This document shows, one piece after another, positions 8,401-19,568 of a stretch of DNA of 64,000 bases (its first letter is position 1; each line of letters begins with the position of its first letter). This DNA comes from Candidatus Marinacidobacterales bacterium (lineage in GTDB: Bacteria > Acidobacteriota > Vicinamibacteria > Marinacidobacterales > SMYC01): positions 1,472,001-1,536,000 of the forward strand of contig OZ250169.1 of NCBI GenBank assembly GCA_965237955.1, read 5' to 3'. Under the pieces are notes generated by a model. The model was not told the DNA's origin, ran no database searches, and saw only the letters and a program-made list of their open reading frames with translations. A program made the position numbers and the translations under genes.

Positions 8401-8829
8401 ATGAAGCACCGAATCAGTCAGATGGTCATTTTGAGCGTACTCGTCGTGTTCTGCGGGACCGCGTTCGCCCAGAAACAGCGCATCAACAACTACCACAGGT
8501 CTCTGCAAAAGAAATTGGAAGCGATGGTTTCGGACGGCCAGAACTGCAAAGTCAACATGAACGACTCGGAGGACGGCAAGGGCATGGACGCCGAGATCCG
8601 CCTCACCATGGGCATCCGCGAGTTCGAGTCATTCGCGCCGGTGGCGGCGCTCGAGGCCGCGGCGCTTCCTCACAAATTTCCGGCAGTGAACATCTACTTG
8701 CGACACGAAGGAACGGGCCGCGTCGGGCGGATCAATTTCCGCGACGCCGAACCACTCGCGGCGCAGTACAAGGCGGGCGAGAGAGAGAAAGCGACCGCGG
8801 AGATGGCGGATTCCATCACCTGGCACTGA
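8401..8829 (+). CDS. Secreted hypothetical protein
   Basis: AGGAG RBS; signal peptide ending AFA. Confidence 0.7.
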   Translation: MKHRISQMVILSVLVVFCGTAFAQKQRINNYHRSLQKKLEAMVSDGQNCKVNMNDSEDGKGMDAEIRLTMGIREFESFAPVAALEAAALPHKFPAVNIYLRHEGTGRVGRINFRDAEPLAAQYKAGEREKATAEMADSITWH

Positions 8830-9958
8830 GATAAATCGCAAACAGTTCTGACACTCTGGCCTCGGCGTCAACGGTAAGGACGCCGAGGCGGAGCCTTCCG
8901 TCGCGAAGAAGGTCGAGCCGCATGAAACCGGCGGTGGCTTTCTGGTAAAGCGTCTCGTCCCTCCACTTCGTCGGTGACGTGTGGCCGTAGTAGCCCGCGC
9001 CGCTGACGACGATATAGGACACGGTCTTCCCTTCGAGCACTTCGAGCGTGTGCTCGTGCCCCGCCGCGTAAATCAGAGGTGGGTCGGACGCGAACGCTTC
9101 CTCGAGCCTCGTGCGCATGCGCTCGTTCTTCGATCCCGACAGGTCTTGCGACGAGATTCCCGCGACGCGAGCGAGCGGGTAGCCCGAGCCGATGATCGGC
9201 AACGGAATCCACAACGGCGCCCACACTCGGACCGTGGGGAACAAATGGTCCTGCCAGTTGAAGTAGCCTCCGTGAGGCCCGCTCGATATCAGTGGGTGAT
9301 GGGCGACCACGACCGCGTGCCGTTCGCCGCGCTCCGACAGTGCTCGCGCGATCGCCTCCACCACCGCCTGCTCAGTTCCCGGCGTGCAATCGCTCGGGCC
9401 CGGTTTGTCGTTCGAGCGAAGCCACCACTCGGTGTCGATCGCGACAAGCCTCAGACTCTCGCCGAAGTCCACGACGCTCGGCCCAGGGCAGCCACCTTGC
9501 GGCAACAAGACGACGCGACCTTCCTCGCCATGCTCGGCGATAAACGCTTCTTGCCGGCGCACCGCGCTCCACCCGTCCCCGCCTGAATTGTCCCAATCGT
9601 GATTGCCCGGAACGAAGATTCCTCGCGCGTCGGTGCGCACAACCGCATCGATCTGATCCTTCAGACGTCGCTCCATCTCCTCGTTATCTTTGGACGTGCG
9701 CGGCGGCAGCCCGGCTGGATAGATGTTGTCGCCGAGGAACACGACCAAGGATGGCGCCGCGGACGCGTGCATCGTCGCCGTCAATGCCTCGAGCACGGGC
9801 TCGCCGTGCTCGTTTGGCTTACCCCCGTCCCCGACCAAAAAGAGTGAGAGCTCGACGTCGCTCGCCGACGTGACCGGAGGCGCGGGCGGTGGGGCTTTGC
9901 CGGCGCACGCCGCGAGTGCGAAACAAAAGACCCACGACACTTGGCGTAGGAGCCGCAT
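8816..9958 (-). CDS. Calcineurin-like metallophosphoesterase lipoprotein
   Basis: LAAC lipobox; GDGG, GDNIY, GNHDW, HHP, GHEH motifs. Confidence 0.9.
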   Translation of the reverse strand: MRLLRQVSWVFCFALAACAGKAPPPAPPVTSASDVELSLFLVGDGGKPNEHGEPVLEALTATMHASAAPSLVVFLGDNIYPAGLPPRTSKDNEEMERRLKDQIDAVVRTDARGIFVPGNHDWDNSGGDGWSAVRRQEAFIAEHGEEGRVVLLPQGGCPGPSVVDFGESLRLVAIDTEWWLRSNDKPGPSDCTPGTEQAVVEAIARALSERGERHAVVVAHHPLISSGPHGGYFNWQDHLFPTVRVWAPLWIPLPIIGSGYPLARVAGISSQDLSGSKNERMRTRLEEAFASDPPLIYAAGHEHTLEVLEGKTVSYIVVSGAGYYGHTSPTKWRDETLYQKATAGFMRLDLLRDGRLRLGVLTVDAEARVSELFAIYLSAR

Positions 9959-10023
9959 GCGATTACACTTCCTCTCGCATCGCTCGTGACTATGCGGGAG
10001 CTCCACGAAAGGAGAAAGTGAAC

Positions 10024-10295
10024 ATGGCAGAGGATTACTATATCGAAATCGACGGGTGAAGTGTGACCGGAAGCTCATCGAGCTCGCCGACGGCGCGGTC
10101 GCCGGTAAAGGTGACGGCCGGGTATCAGTCGATGACGCGAAAGTACTCTTCGCCGCCGTCAAGGATCACGACGACTACACCGATATCGAAAAAAACACGG
10201 TGAAGTACATCCGCGAGAACTACAACTTCACCGTCAAGGCCGACGCTTGGTTCCGGACTGAAGTCCGGAAGTGGGCCGCCACCAAGGGCCACTAG
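10024..10295 (+). CDS. Small hypothetical protein with a probable 1-nt indel near 10055
   Basis: AAGGAG RBS; MAEDYYIEIDG joins VKCDRKLIELAD if one G is added to the GGG run. Confidence 0.7.
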
Positions 10296-10309
10296 CAACA
10301 CTGCGAGCT

Positions 10310-10516
10310 GTGGACGAGCCGAGACGCCATCCTTGGGTCTGGCTCGTCTACACCACTCTGTTCGCGGCCGCCGTTTCCTGGTATTTGCCACCGGAGGCAG
10401 CTGCTACCACGTGGCTCGGGTTCCCTTTCTGGGTCACGCTCTCCCTCACCGCCACTCTCGGCATCGCCGTTTTTACCGTCTTCGTCATCCATCGTTACTG
10501 GGGGGATGACGAATGA
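10310..10516 (+). CDS. Small two-TM accessory protein of the symporter
   Basis: Hydrophobic, WLGFPFW motif; overlaps the symporter start (ATGA). Confidence 0.75.
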   Translation: MDEPRRHPWVWLVYTTLFAAAVSWYLPPEAAATTWLGFPFWVTLSLTATLGIAVFTVFVIHRYWGDDE

Positions 10517-12000
10517 CCTCTCTGTCGCTCGGCTTCGGCGCGATTGTCGTCATCAGCATCTATCTCGGCCTGATGATCGGTCTCGGCGTGCTCGCCCGCC
10601 CGAGAATATCGAAACGAGACGGCGAGTCGCTGAGCGAGTTCTATCTCGCCGGGAGAAGCCTGGGTCCTCTCGTCCTGCTCCTCACCCTCTACGCGACCCA
10701 ATACAGTGGCAACACCGTCGTCGGCTATCCGGCCGAGGCGTCGCGGCTGGGCTACGCCTGGATCATGAGCGTGAGCTTCATGATGGCGATCATCGTCGTC
10801 TATTTGCTCTATGCTCCGCGACTCCAGCGTCTCGCTAGAGCGCGTGGCTTCGTTACTCCCGGCGACTGGGTGGACTACCGTTTCGGCTCGAAGCCCCTTT
10901 CTCTTCTCACGAACTTGTTGCTGGTCGTGTCGATCGCGAATTACTTGCTCGCGCAGTTGATGGCGATGGGGCACGTCGTCGCGGGTATCTCGGGAAACTT
11001 GATCCCCTACTGGATCGGTGTCCTCGTTCTCGTCCTCGTCATTATTATTTACGAAACACTCGGTGGTCTCCGCGCGGTCGCATGGACGGACGTGGCCCAA
11101 GGCTCGATGCTCTTGATTGGGCTATTCGGCCTCCTCTATGCCGTCGCACCCGGGCCGGCTCACTGGCAAGCCCTGACGGACTGGCTGAGCACTCACGCTC
11201 CCGAGAAGACCGCGGTGCCGTCGGGTGAGGTTGCGGCTCGATGGTTCTCGAGCATTCTACTCGTTGGCTTCTCGGGCGCTGTTTATCCTCAGGCGATTCA
11301 GAGGATCTATGCCGCGGGCAGCGTCCGCGCTCTCAAACGATCCCTCCAGGGGATGATCTTCATGCCGCTCATCACCATGCCCGTCGTCGTGCTCGTCGGG
11401 CTCGTGGGAGTGCGCCGGTTTACCGATCTCGACGGAATCGCGGCGGATCAGATCATGCCGATGCTGCTGCGGGAGTGGGCGCAAGCGTCTACGTGGACGT
11501 ACATGATGGCGGTGCTCGTCGTCACCGGCATACTTGCCGCGATCATGTCTACCGCGGACTCGGTCCTTCTTAGCCTGTCGTCGATCCTGTCGAAAGACTT
11601 CCTCGGGAAAACGCTTCTCGCCGGTGCGCCCGAGGAACGCCTGACGCGTGTGGGCAAGCGCATTTCATGGCTGGTAATGGGCATTCTCGCGCTGGCGGCG
11701 TTCGCACCGCGCATGACGCTCTGGGGACTCACCGAGCTCAAGATGGAAATCCTCGTTCAAGTATCCCCTGTGTTCGTGCTGGGATCGATCTGGAATCGCC
11801 TCGACGCAAGAGCGGCTCTCGTCGGAATGTTGGCGGGCGCGAGTGTCTCCGGAGGACTGGCGCTGGCAGGTATCGGAAGTCTCGGGGGAATTCAAGGAGG
11901 CGTCGTCGGGTGGGCGCTCAACGTGTCGTTGTGCGTGGGGCTTTCTATATTGCGGACAGGAGAGCGGAACGAAATCCGCTCTGCTGTCGATGCGAAATAG
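10513..12000 (+). CDS. Sodium:solute symporter family protein
   Basis: EFYLAGRSLG, GGLRAVAWTD, AAIMSTADS motifs; many TM helices. Confidence 0.93.
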   Translation: MTSLSLGFGAIVVISIYLGLMIGLGVLARPRISKRDGESLSEFYLAGRSLGPLVLLLTLYATQYSGNTVVGYPAEASRLGYAWIMSVSFMMAIIVVYLLYAPRLQRLARARGFVTPGDWVDYRFGSKPLSLLTNLLLVVSIANYLLAQLMAMGHVVAGISGNLIPYWIGVLVLVLVIIIYETLGGLRAVAWTDVAQGSMLLIGLFGLLYAVAPGPAHWQALTDWLSTHAPEKTAVPSGEVAARWFSSILLVGFSGAVYPQAIQRIYAAGSVRALKRSLQGMIFMPLITMPVVVLVGLVGVRRFTDLDGIAADQIMPMLLREWAQASTWTYMMAVLVVTGILAAIMSTADSVLLSLSSILSKDFLGKTLLAGAPEERLTRVGKRISWLVMGILALAAFAPRMTLWGLTELKMEILVQVSPVFVLGSIWNRLDARAALVGMLAGASVSGGLALAGIGSLGGIQGGVVGWALNVSLCVGLSILRTGERNEIRSAVDAK

Positions 12001-12223
12001 CGCGGCTATTGAATTAACCCGTGAACCCACATGGTGCCGAATCCGATAAGGATAAACGGCCTTACCTTCGAACTTGCCTTCGCCGGGGAAAACGTCCACC
12101 ACCAGGTGGCCAGTGGGATCGTTGCCCGTCGCGAACATGGAGTCGAGCTTGATGAGCTTTGGACATGTCGGGCGAATCACCGAAGGCGAGCTCACCGGGA
12201 GACAGGACCATCGTCATTCCTCG

Positions 12224-12763
12224 TCACCTACCGCCTTCGGTAGCTGATGGCTGACGGCTGATGGCCGAAGGCAGATTGTGCAACCGCAACGCCCCGCGAT
12301 AAAGACAGTACAACCCACCCATTTGAATCAGGTGGTAGAGATCGTTCTTGTTGAAGTGCTCGTGAATCGAAAGCTTTGCGACGAGTACGGCCAGGCCTAT
12401 CAGGCTGACCACGATGCCGCGTTTGAGCCAGCGGATGCCTTCGCTTCGCTCTCTCGCGCCCCGGGTCTCGGAACGAAGGACCGAGCGTACGCCGGCGGTA
12501 ATCAAAAGAACCGCGCTAGCGACGATCGACCGCACCGTGAAGGTCCAAACGCTGTCCCACCTGTCTCCGAGCGACACCCGAAAGCCGTGCGCGGTCCCGC
12601 CGGCAAGCGCGGCGAGCGCGGTCACAAGAAAAGCCGCAATCCACAATTCCACACGGCGTCCCCCCGCCTGGCGTGAGCCGCCCCAAAGTGCCGCCGCGAA
12701 GTACAGGCATAATGCGGCCAAGGCATAGTCGGACAGCATCGTGGTCGGCTCGGTAATCCGCAT
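12224..12763 (-). CDS. Membrane protein (DUF6962-like)
   Basis: EPTTMLSDY, GGTAHG, NDLYH motifs. Confidence 0.65.
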   Translation of the reverse strand: MRITEPTTMLSDYALAALCLYFAAALWGGSRQAGGRRVELWIAAFLVTALAALAGGTAHGFRVSLGDRWDSVWTFTVRSIVASAVLLITAGVRSVLRSETRGARERSEGIRWLKRGIVVSLIGLAVLVAKLSIHEHFNKNDLYHLIQMGGLYCLYRGALRLHNLPSAISRQPSATEGGR

Positions 12764-12820
12764 TCAGCGAGGTATATCAGATAAACTACAAAGCCTCCCT
12801 TTCTTTTTCGAGGAGAAACC

Positions 12821-13845
12821 ATGCTCTCACGAAGACTCTTGGTCCTCGTCCTGTGGTTTACGAGCCAGGGCTTTCTCTGGGCTCGTGAGAAAACGGACGT
12901 TGTCCATTTCACGAACGGTGATCGTATCCACTGCGAGATCAAAGAGCTCCGACGAGGAAAGCTGACGGTCAAGAGTATCGGCTTCGGCTCCATCAGCATC
13001 GAGTGGGACAAGATCGCCCACCTGGAAAGCGACCACGTGTTCCGCCTAGAGCTCCAGTCCGGCATACGCTACGTGGGCTCTCTCGCGCCCGGGGACGAGG
13101 ACGGCAAGCTCGAAGTCGAGACCGTGTCTGGCACGAATCGGCTCGACCGAACTCGCGTCGTCGACATCGATCCAGTCAACGAGAGCGTTTTGACAGCAAT
13201 CGACGGATCGGTCGACATCGGATACGACTTCACCCAGGCGGCGGATGCAACGAGCTGGAGCCTCGGAGCAGAGGCAAAATCCAAAAAGGAAAAATTCGAG
13301 GTCGCCTTGATCCTGGACTCGCTCTACAAGACACAAAACGACGCCGAGCCCGTGAATCGTCAGAACCTCACCGGGAACTACATCCGCTATCTCGAGGAGC
13401 GTTGGTTCGCATTCGGGTTGGGCCAAATCGAAAAAAACGAAACCAGTCCCTCGAGTTTCGCGGGATGGCCGGTGGCGGTGGCGGGCGCCGGATGCTGCAG
13501 ACGAACCGGACCGACATCCATTTACTCGTGGGTCTCGGTGGCACCAGGGAGAAATTCACCGACACGGATTTCTCGGCGAGCATGGAGGCCTTGACCGGTT
13601 TCTTGTTCGATACTTACCGTTTCAATTCACCTGAGATTCAGTTCACCACGAGCTTCCTGTTCATCCCGAGCATCACCAAGACAAACCGTTACCGACTACA
13701 GCTCAACAGCAAAGTCCGCCTGGAGCTGTTCAAAGACCTCTTCTGGCAGCTATCGCTATTCGAGACATTCGACAGCAACCCTCCCAGTGAGACCGCGCAG
13801 CAGAACGACTTCGGTATCACCACCTCATTTGGTTGGAGTTTTTGA
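12821..13845 (+). CDS. DUF481-like outer-membrane beta-barrel, frameshift in the A-run near 13435
   Basis: Signal peptide; NGDRI start motif; C-terminal FGWSF lies in a second frame. Confidence 0.75.
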
Positions 13846-14803
13846 CACCGTGAGCTTGTAGCTGATGAGAGCGCCCAAAAGCGCCGCGGTAACACCCGCG
13901 GCCACGTCCACGGCGTGATGGTAGCGGGTGTACACACACGCAAGGCTCAGCCCGAGCGCGAAGAACCCGAGAACGAGCGCCGCCCTTCGGTGAACACCCA
14001 CTAGCCCGAACACTGTGCCCCACGCGCCGGCCACGTGGGAGCTCGGAAAACAGCCTCCCGAGACCGCGCCGTGCTCGATGATCCTCTCGACGACGGGGAC
14101 TAAGACGAAGCCCCCGAACGACGTCATCCCCGCCATGATCTCCGGATTTTCCCACGGCCCGCGAGCGGGGAGAAACGGATACCAAATAAAGCACAGGAAG
14201 AACGCAATGATCACGGACGTCAGAGTCGTTTGAAAGCCCGGGGCCGGCTGAGGGCGAGCCTTTCGTGCCGAACCACGCGAACGTCACGCCGCCGCCGAAA
14301 ATGAAATAGTAAGAAAGATAGAACCCGTGCAAGAGCTCGTCCTGTAGCGGACCCACCCAGCTGTTCATGATGAAAACGGGGAGCTCACCAAAGACCCAGC
14401 GGTCGGCGGCATACAGGTAGCTCTCGAACCAGTGCGGCGCGGACGACCACATGGCGTTCACCGTTTGATGGCCTTCCTCGAAGTAGAACAAGATGAGCAG
14501 CAGCGGGTAGCTATAGCGGAAGAACCGGGCGACCCCGCGGACGTGCCGCGGCCACCCTTCGATGGGCACGCTCTCCCACTTCGCTCCCCGCGGCGGCACG
14601 AGAACCATCGCGGTCATAATGAAGACGTGGAGCGCCAGAATCGACAACGGATTCGGCATGGTTTCGTGAAAGATCGCGGTGAAAATCGCGATATATGCGG
14701 TGTAGCCGAACACGAAGTAGTCGAGCGCGAGAAAACGGCGCTTGAAATCGACTCGGTCTTTGGCCACGGTGCTCGATTGGTATTCTAGTGAAACCTTTTC
14801 CAT
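13825..14803 (-). CDS. PAP2-family membrane phosphatase/phosphotransferase, frameshift near 14240
   Basis: PARGP, FPSSH, RYHHAVD motifs split across two frames. Confidence 0.8.
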
Positions 14804-14976
14804 GTCACCTCTCTAAGCGGATAGTCGTAGCTAACCGATCGGATAGACGGCCGCTACCGCGACCAAAGTTTTGCCCGCTTTTTCGCTTCAGCCGCCGACA
14901 CGGCAAGGCTTTTGCAAAGGGTATGCCTGAGTTCAAAAAACGGCTACACTCGCCGCCGTTTTCACCAGGAGGAGAT

Positions 14977-15414
14977 GTGAACAAACTCGCTTCTTTGATG
15001 ATTGCACCTGGACTGCTCGCGACCATGGTGGCCTGCGATACGTCCGACTTCACGACCAGCCCCGACGTCGCGATCGAAGATCCCACGGGGGCGTGGGCGC
15101 TCGAATCGTTCCAGCTCAGTGACGGAACCATTGTTCCCGTCCCCGATCCTTCGAGGTACCGGCTCGAGCTCGGGGTCACCGAGGCCGGGCGCGCCCATAT
15201 CCGGGCCGACTGCAATGTTTGCAACGGCGGTTACGAGGTATCGGGCTCGACGATCACGTTCGGGGTGGCAGCGTGCACACTCGCAGCGTGCGAGCCCGGT
15301 TCGCTCGAGCACGACTACCTCTTCGCGCTCGCGGCGACGTCGACGTACCAGCGCTCCGGGGATACGCTGACGCTGACGTACGACGATGGCGTGCTGCGAT
15401 TCCAGGCGCGCTGA
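14977..15414 (+). CDS. META-domain lipoprotein
   Basis: MVAC lipobox; ADCN..GGY and TLAAC motifs; AGGAGG-like RBS. Confidence 0.85.
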   Translation: MNKLASLMIAPGLLATMVACDTSDFTTSPDVAIEDPTGAWALESFQLSDGTIVPVPDPSRYRLELGVTEAGRAHIRADCNVCNGGYEVSGSTITFGVAACTLAACEPGSLEHDYLFALAATSTYQRSGDTLTLTYDDGVLRFQAR

Positions 15415-15633
15415 GTCAACCAACTCTCATGCACGACGGGGCCGGCCCACCGCCGGCCCCATTCTTTTCGTTGTAGTATTGTCCTCCGCTGTTCTTGGCG
15501 AATTTTGTCCTCTGCGTTTCCTTTGCGTCCTCTGCCCCTCTGCGGTGAGTTTTTTGCGACTTCGCTGCGCTGTCTCTGTGGCGAAAAAAAGCGTGCCCCT
15601 CGGGAGAGGAGCACGCTTGGAAAGATCCTTGCC

Positions 15634-16185
15634 TTAGTCCGAGACCGGCGGATAGTCCTTGAATAGCTTCTCAGCCGCGGTGTTGATCTTCTTGGCGTTT
15701 TTCTGAGGATTGTCGGACATCGTGTCGGAGACGGTGCCGCGCCACACCAGGCGCTTCTGCTTGGCATCCCACAAGTCCAACACCACGGTGGCGACGCTGT
15801 AGTTGCGAACCGAGGTCGTCGAGCTGCCCATGCCGCCCATGCCACCGCCCCAGCCCCAGCCGGGACCGTAGCCCCAACCGCCACTCATATAGGTGGTGTT
15901 CAAGGACATTTGCTGGTTTTCTTCCGAGTGGTAGGTTACGTAAACGTCGGGATTTGAGCTGACTTTCTGAAAACCCTGCGCGGCGAGCTGACTGTCGATA
16001 GCGCTGATGAAACGCTCGTGGGCGAGCGGATCCGTATCCTGGACATTCGTATCGCTGTCATGCCATGCGTAGGTCTTGTACGTCGAAAAGTTTGCCTGGC
16101 GGTCCCAATCGTGATTCACCTTCATGCTAGAGCAGCCGATCGCGACACCCATAGCAGCCACCGCAATTGCCAATCGTGCTTTCAT
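15634..16185 (-). CDS. DUF4136 lipoprotein
   Basis: IGC lipobox; NFSTYKTYAW; LDLWDAKQKRLVWRG; F..YPP. Confidence 0.88.
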   Translation of the reverse strand: MKARLAIAVAAMGVAIGCSSMKVNHDWDRQANFSTYKTYAWHDSDTNVQDTDPLAHERFISAIDSQLAAQGFQKVSSNPDVYVTYHSEENQQMSLNTTYMSGGWGYGPGWGWGGGMGGMGSSTTSVRNYSVATVVLDLWDAKQKRLVWRGTVSDTMSDNPQKNAKKINTAAEKLFKDYPPVSD

Positions 16186-16326
16186 GTTTTCCTCCAATAA
16201 CTCCGTAGTAGTAGTGCCCGACTTCTGGCCTCGTCGAACTTGACCAGGCCGAGCCGGATAAAATTACCGCCCCATACATTCGCACAAACTCACCACCTCC
16301 GCAAAACGAGTTCCGGGCTAGAATCG

Positions 16327-17355
16327 ATGGCAATGAACGCTTTTCTGCTCGTGGTGGCCTCTTTGCTGGCCCAACCTTACGAGGTCACGGATCTCAGCGG
16401 GCGGGACCGGCTCGTCATCCTGGTGTTCGGCGATAGCGGCACCGGAGACGCCGGGCAGCACCGCATCGGCAGAGCGATGTACGAGGTCTGCCGGCAGCGC
16501 GGCTGTCAGCTGGCGTTGATGCTGGGCGACAACATCTACGAGAACGGAATCCGGGTCACGATGCGCGACAGCGTCGAGGGCAGCTATCGAGAAATTCTCG
16601 ATCAATTCGAGGAGAAGTTCGAGGCCCCGTATCAACGCTTCGAGAACATTCCCGGATTTCACTTTTGGGCGGTGCTCGGCAATCACGACTACCGCCGGAA
16701 TACGCTCGCCACCCAGATCACCTACTCCGAGTTCAGCAAGCTGTGGCGCCTGCCCGCGCTGCATTACGAGGTGCCCAGACTTCCCGACTGGATTCAGATA
16801 TACGGACTCCATACGGACACCGACGTCCGGCGGGACTTGAACGGACTACAGATCCACTCGGCGCGACGCGCGCTGTGCGAGGATCGGAGCTCGGAGCGTT
16901 GGAAGATTGCATTCGGCCACCAGCCGATCTACAACAGCGGCCAACACCGGGACGATGCTAGCGAGCGCCGCACGCGATCGCTCGTCGAGGAGCCGCTTAT
17001 CCGCGCGTGCGGCGTGCACGTGTATCTCGCCGGGCACGGGCACCACCAGGAGCACGTCACCGCCACCGGTTTCGAGCACGTCATCCAGGGTGCCGCCGGC
17101 AAGTCGAAGGGTAGCAATCGCCACCCGAAGTTTCCTGGCGTCGCCCAGCGCCATTTCTCAAGCGAGTTCGGGTTCGCGGTGCTCGAGATCGACGCCGAGA
17201 ACCTTCGACTCGACTTCTACGATGTGTTCAACACGAGAGAAAAGGCAGACACGGTCGAGGAACCCGGCCCGGAGGACATTTTCGCGTCCTACTCGTGGTG
17301 CGGTACCCGCGCCGACGTGGGAAAGCCGTCTTCGCCGCCGCCGCCGTGCCGCTAA
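16327..17355 (+). CDS. Purple-acid-phosphatase-like metallophosphoesterase
   Basis: GDSG, GDNIY, GNHD, GHQP, GHGH motifs. Confidence 0.9.
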   Translation: MAMNAFLLVVASLLAQPYEVTDLSGRDRLVILVFGDSGTGDAGQHRIGRAMYEVCRQRGCQLALMLGDNIYENGIRVTMRDSVEGSYREILDQFEEKFEAPYQRFENIPGFHFWAVLGNHDYRRNTLATQITYSEFSKLWRLPALHYEVPRLPDWIQIYGLHTDTDVRRDLNGLQIHSARRALCEDRSSERWKIAFGHQPIYNSGQHRDDASERRTRSLVEEPLIRACGVHVYLAGHGHHQEHVTATGFEHVIQGAAGKSKGSNRHPKFPGVAQRHFSSEFGFAVLEIDAENLRLDFYDVFNTREKADTVEEPGPEDIFASYSWCGTRADVGKPSSPPPPCR

Positions 17356-17387
17356 CCGTATCTTCTCACCACGGAGGCAAAATCGAA

Positions 17388-17966
17388 ATGGAGCTGACCC
17401 GAGACGAAGCCTGGACCCACTTGTGCGCATGGACGGAGACGGATTCGTTGCGCAAGCACGCGCGCGCGGTGGAGCTCGTCATGCGCCAGGCCGCTCGACG
17501 ATACGGCGACGGCGACGGCGACGAGGAGACCTGGGGCGCCACCGGCATGCTGCACGACGCCGACTACGAGAAGTGGCCCGAAGATCACCCGAACCGAATC
17601 GTTGCCTGGCTCCGCGATCGTGGCGAGGAAGAGCTCGCTTACGCCATCTCGGCGCACTATACGAAATGGAACGTACCCTACAAGAGCGCTCTCGACAAAT
17701 CTCTTCTCGCCTGCGACGAGCTCACCGGCTTCATTGTTGCCTGCTGTCTCGTACGCCCCGAAGGCGTCTCCACACTGAAATCGAAGAGCGTAAGAAAGAA
17801 ACTCAAAGACAAGGCATTCGCCGCTAAAGTGGAGCGCGCCGAAATCAACGCGGGGGCCGAGCTCCTGGAAGTCGAGCTGGCCGAGCACATCGATTTCATC
17901 ATCGACGCCCTCAAGCCGCACGCCGAAGAGCTGGGAATCGGGGGTAGAGATCTCGGAAACGCCTAG
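17388..17966 (+). CDS. HD-domain protein
   Basis: LRKH, LHDADYE, DELTGFI, KDKAFAA motifs. Confidence 0.9.
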   Translation: MELTRDEAWTHLCAWTETDSLRKHARAVELVMRQAARRYGDGDGDEETWGATGMLHDADYEKWPEDHPNRIVAWLRDRGEEELAYAISAHYTKWNVPYKSALDKSLLACDELTGFIVACCLVRPEGVSTLKSKSVRKKLKDKAFAAKVERAEINAGAELLEVELAEHIDFIIDALKPHAEELGIGGRDLGNA

Positions 17967-17971
17967 TTTTC

Positions 17972-18065
17972 AACGCAAAGGCGCGAAGTCGCAAGGGCGC
18001 AAAGTGAAGAGCGCCTTCGGCGCTGATTCTTGCTTTGCGTCTTTGCGACTTGGCGCCTTTGCGTT
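17972..18065. repeat. REP-like long inverted repeat between convergent genes
   Basis: AACGCAAAGGCGCGAAGTCGCAAGGGCGCAAAG ... CTTTGCGTCTTTGCGACTTGGCGCCTTTGCGTT; a related CTTTGCG/CTCTGCG tract lies at about 15509-15550. Confidence 0.75.
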
Positions 18066-18077
18066 AAGAAAGAATCG

Positions 18078-18683
18078 CTACACGGCCTGGGTCAGGTTGC
18101 GCTCGCTTTGGTGGGTTTGCAGGACCTCGGGGCCGATGCGCTTGCTCAAATAGACTTTGGACTTGCCGTTGTCCAGAGCGTCGCGCTCGTACTTGACGAC
18201 GTCGAAGTTGAGATGGGTCAACGTCCCTCGCATTCCGTAGAACTTGTTCTTCGTTTTGACGACGACTTCCTTGAAGCCCTCTTCGAGCGCCCAAGCTTCC
18301 TGTTGCTCCGTGAGGGCGCGGAAGTGTCCCTGCGCGCGCCAATCCGAGCGCGTGCCGCCAATCCAACTGTACAAAATACGCCGGCCTGCAAACTCCACCG
18401 AGCCCTTCAAGCGAGTGACGAGATCCTGCAGTTTGGGATCGGACTCGTCGGCGAAGATCTCGTGTCCCACCTTGAACGACACCGGGACGACTTGGGAGGG
18501 ATCTTCGGGAAGGCGATCTTCCGCTATCTGGATGACGTGCGTTCGGCCTCGCAGCCGTGCTTCGATCTCGGGCGCCGTTTTCTTGCGGTCGAACTCCCCA
18601 AAGAACTCCTCGATGTATTGGATCTCCAAGGCACCGAGCTCGAGCGGATACTGCTTGATCTGGTAGGTTCGCGGCCCGTCCAC
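18078..18683 (-). CDS. GNAT-fold acetyltransferase-like protein
   Basis: YSWIGG...WRAQG motif A; VKTKNKF..M. Confidence 0.75.
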   Translation of the reverse strand: MDGPRTYQIKQYPLELGALEIQYIEEFFGEFDRKKTAPEIEARLRGRTHVIQIAEDRLPEDPSQVVPVSFKVGHEIFADESDPKLQDLVTRLKGSVEFAGRRILYSWIGGTRSDWRAQGHFRALTEQQEAWALEEGFKEVVVKTKNKFYGMRGTLTHLNFDVVKYERDALDNGKSKVYLSKRIGPEVLQTHQSERNLTQAV

Positions 18684-18743
18684 GACATCATTATATAGAG
18701 TGATGCGGCCGAGGTCAGATTGGGTGCGGCCGCCCGTTGTGAG

Positions 18744-19238
18744 CTACGAATCTTTCTCGATGTGCTCACCCAACCTACCGAGCTCCTCGCCGAGGTCTTC
18801 CATCATGTTGTCGAGCCCGACCGTGGTGGGTGCCTGCTGGCCGGGAAGAACGGGCTGGTTGAAGCTGGGGCTCTCGAGAAGTTCGCGCAGTCGCGCCTTT
18901 TGCTCCGGGTCTTTGATGCGAAACCGCACGCCGTACACGTACGACGACTTGTGCTTCTCGTCGCTCTCGTCGCGCACCCACACGACATCCGCGGGTGTCG
19001 CGAACGGCTCGCTCGGGTCGAAGCCAATCCTCAAGAGGACGCGACTACCCGATTCGAAGCACACGCCCGCGACGACCTGGGCGCCGCCTTCCGAGACGTT
19101 CGCGATGACGCCGTAGGCTTGCTCGCCGTCCGGTCCGAAGATAGACACCATGACCGACCCCGCGGGCACCAGGCGAGGCCAAATCCGCTCGGGAAAATAT
19201 TTACTCACGCTACACAACACAAGCAATGATCGATCCAA
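18744..19238 (-). CDS. PilZ-domain protein
   Basis: RxxPR and NVSEGG motifs; VVW...YGVRF. Confidence 0.75.
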   Translation of the reverse strand: MDRSLLVLCSVSKYFPERIWPRLVPAGSVMVSIFGPDGEQAYGVIANVSEGGAQVVAGVCFESGSRVLLRIGFDPSEPFATPADVVWVRDESDEKHKSSYVYGVRFRIKDPEQKARLRELLESPSFNQPVLPGQQAPTTVGLDNMMEDLGEELGRLGEHIEKDS

Positions 19239-19419
19239 CTAGGTTCCTAGCGAATCAAGAGGCGAATCTGTTTGGAATCGAAACACTTAGACGGTTCGCT
19301 CGCCCCAGATCGGAACAGTGCCCGTGGGGAGAAACCTACAGAAACGCAGACAACTTCCGGTACAATCGCGCCCGGAACGAAAGGAGCCAGCCCGTGCTGC
19401 CATGGATTACGAGCCGTAC

Positions 19420-19568
19420 CGTCGTCCTCCTACGGGGTCTCCGGGATTCTTGGCGAAATCGACGACATCCGCGCGCACGGCAAAGACGAGCGCATCGGTA
19501 TCGAAGCGTTTTTCGAAGGACGGAAGTTTCTCGATCGGCTGACGAGAACGTTAGCGGGCGGGCAATGA
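19420..19568 (+). pseudogene. C-terminal relic of an M20-family peptidase
   Basis: SYGVSGILGEIDDIRAHGKDERI..EAFFEG tail without the upstream domains. Confidence 0.5.

Noticed and set aside
10054-10059. Second selenocysteine UGA (GGG TGA)
   Set aside because: The downstream coding sequence continues in a different frame, so a missing G explains it better than readthrough.
12243-12268. GCTGAYG heptamer tandem as a functional element
   Set aside because: Only about three copies of a common short intergenic-type repeat; nothing further supports a function.
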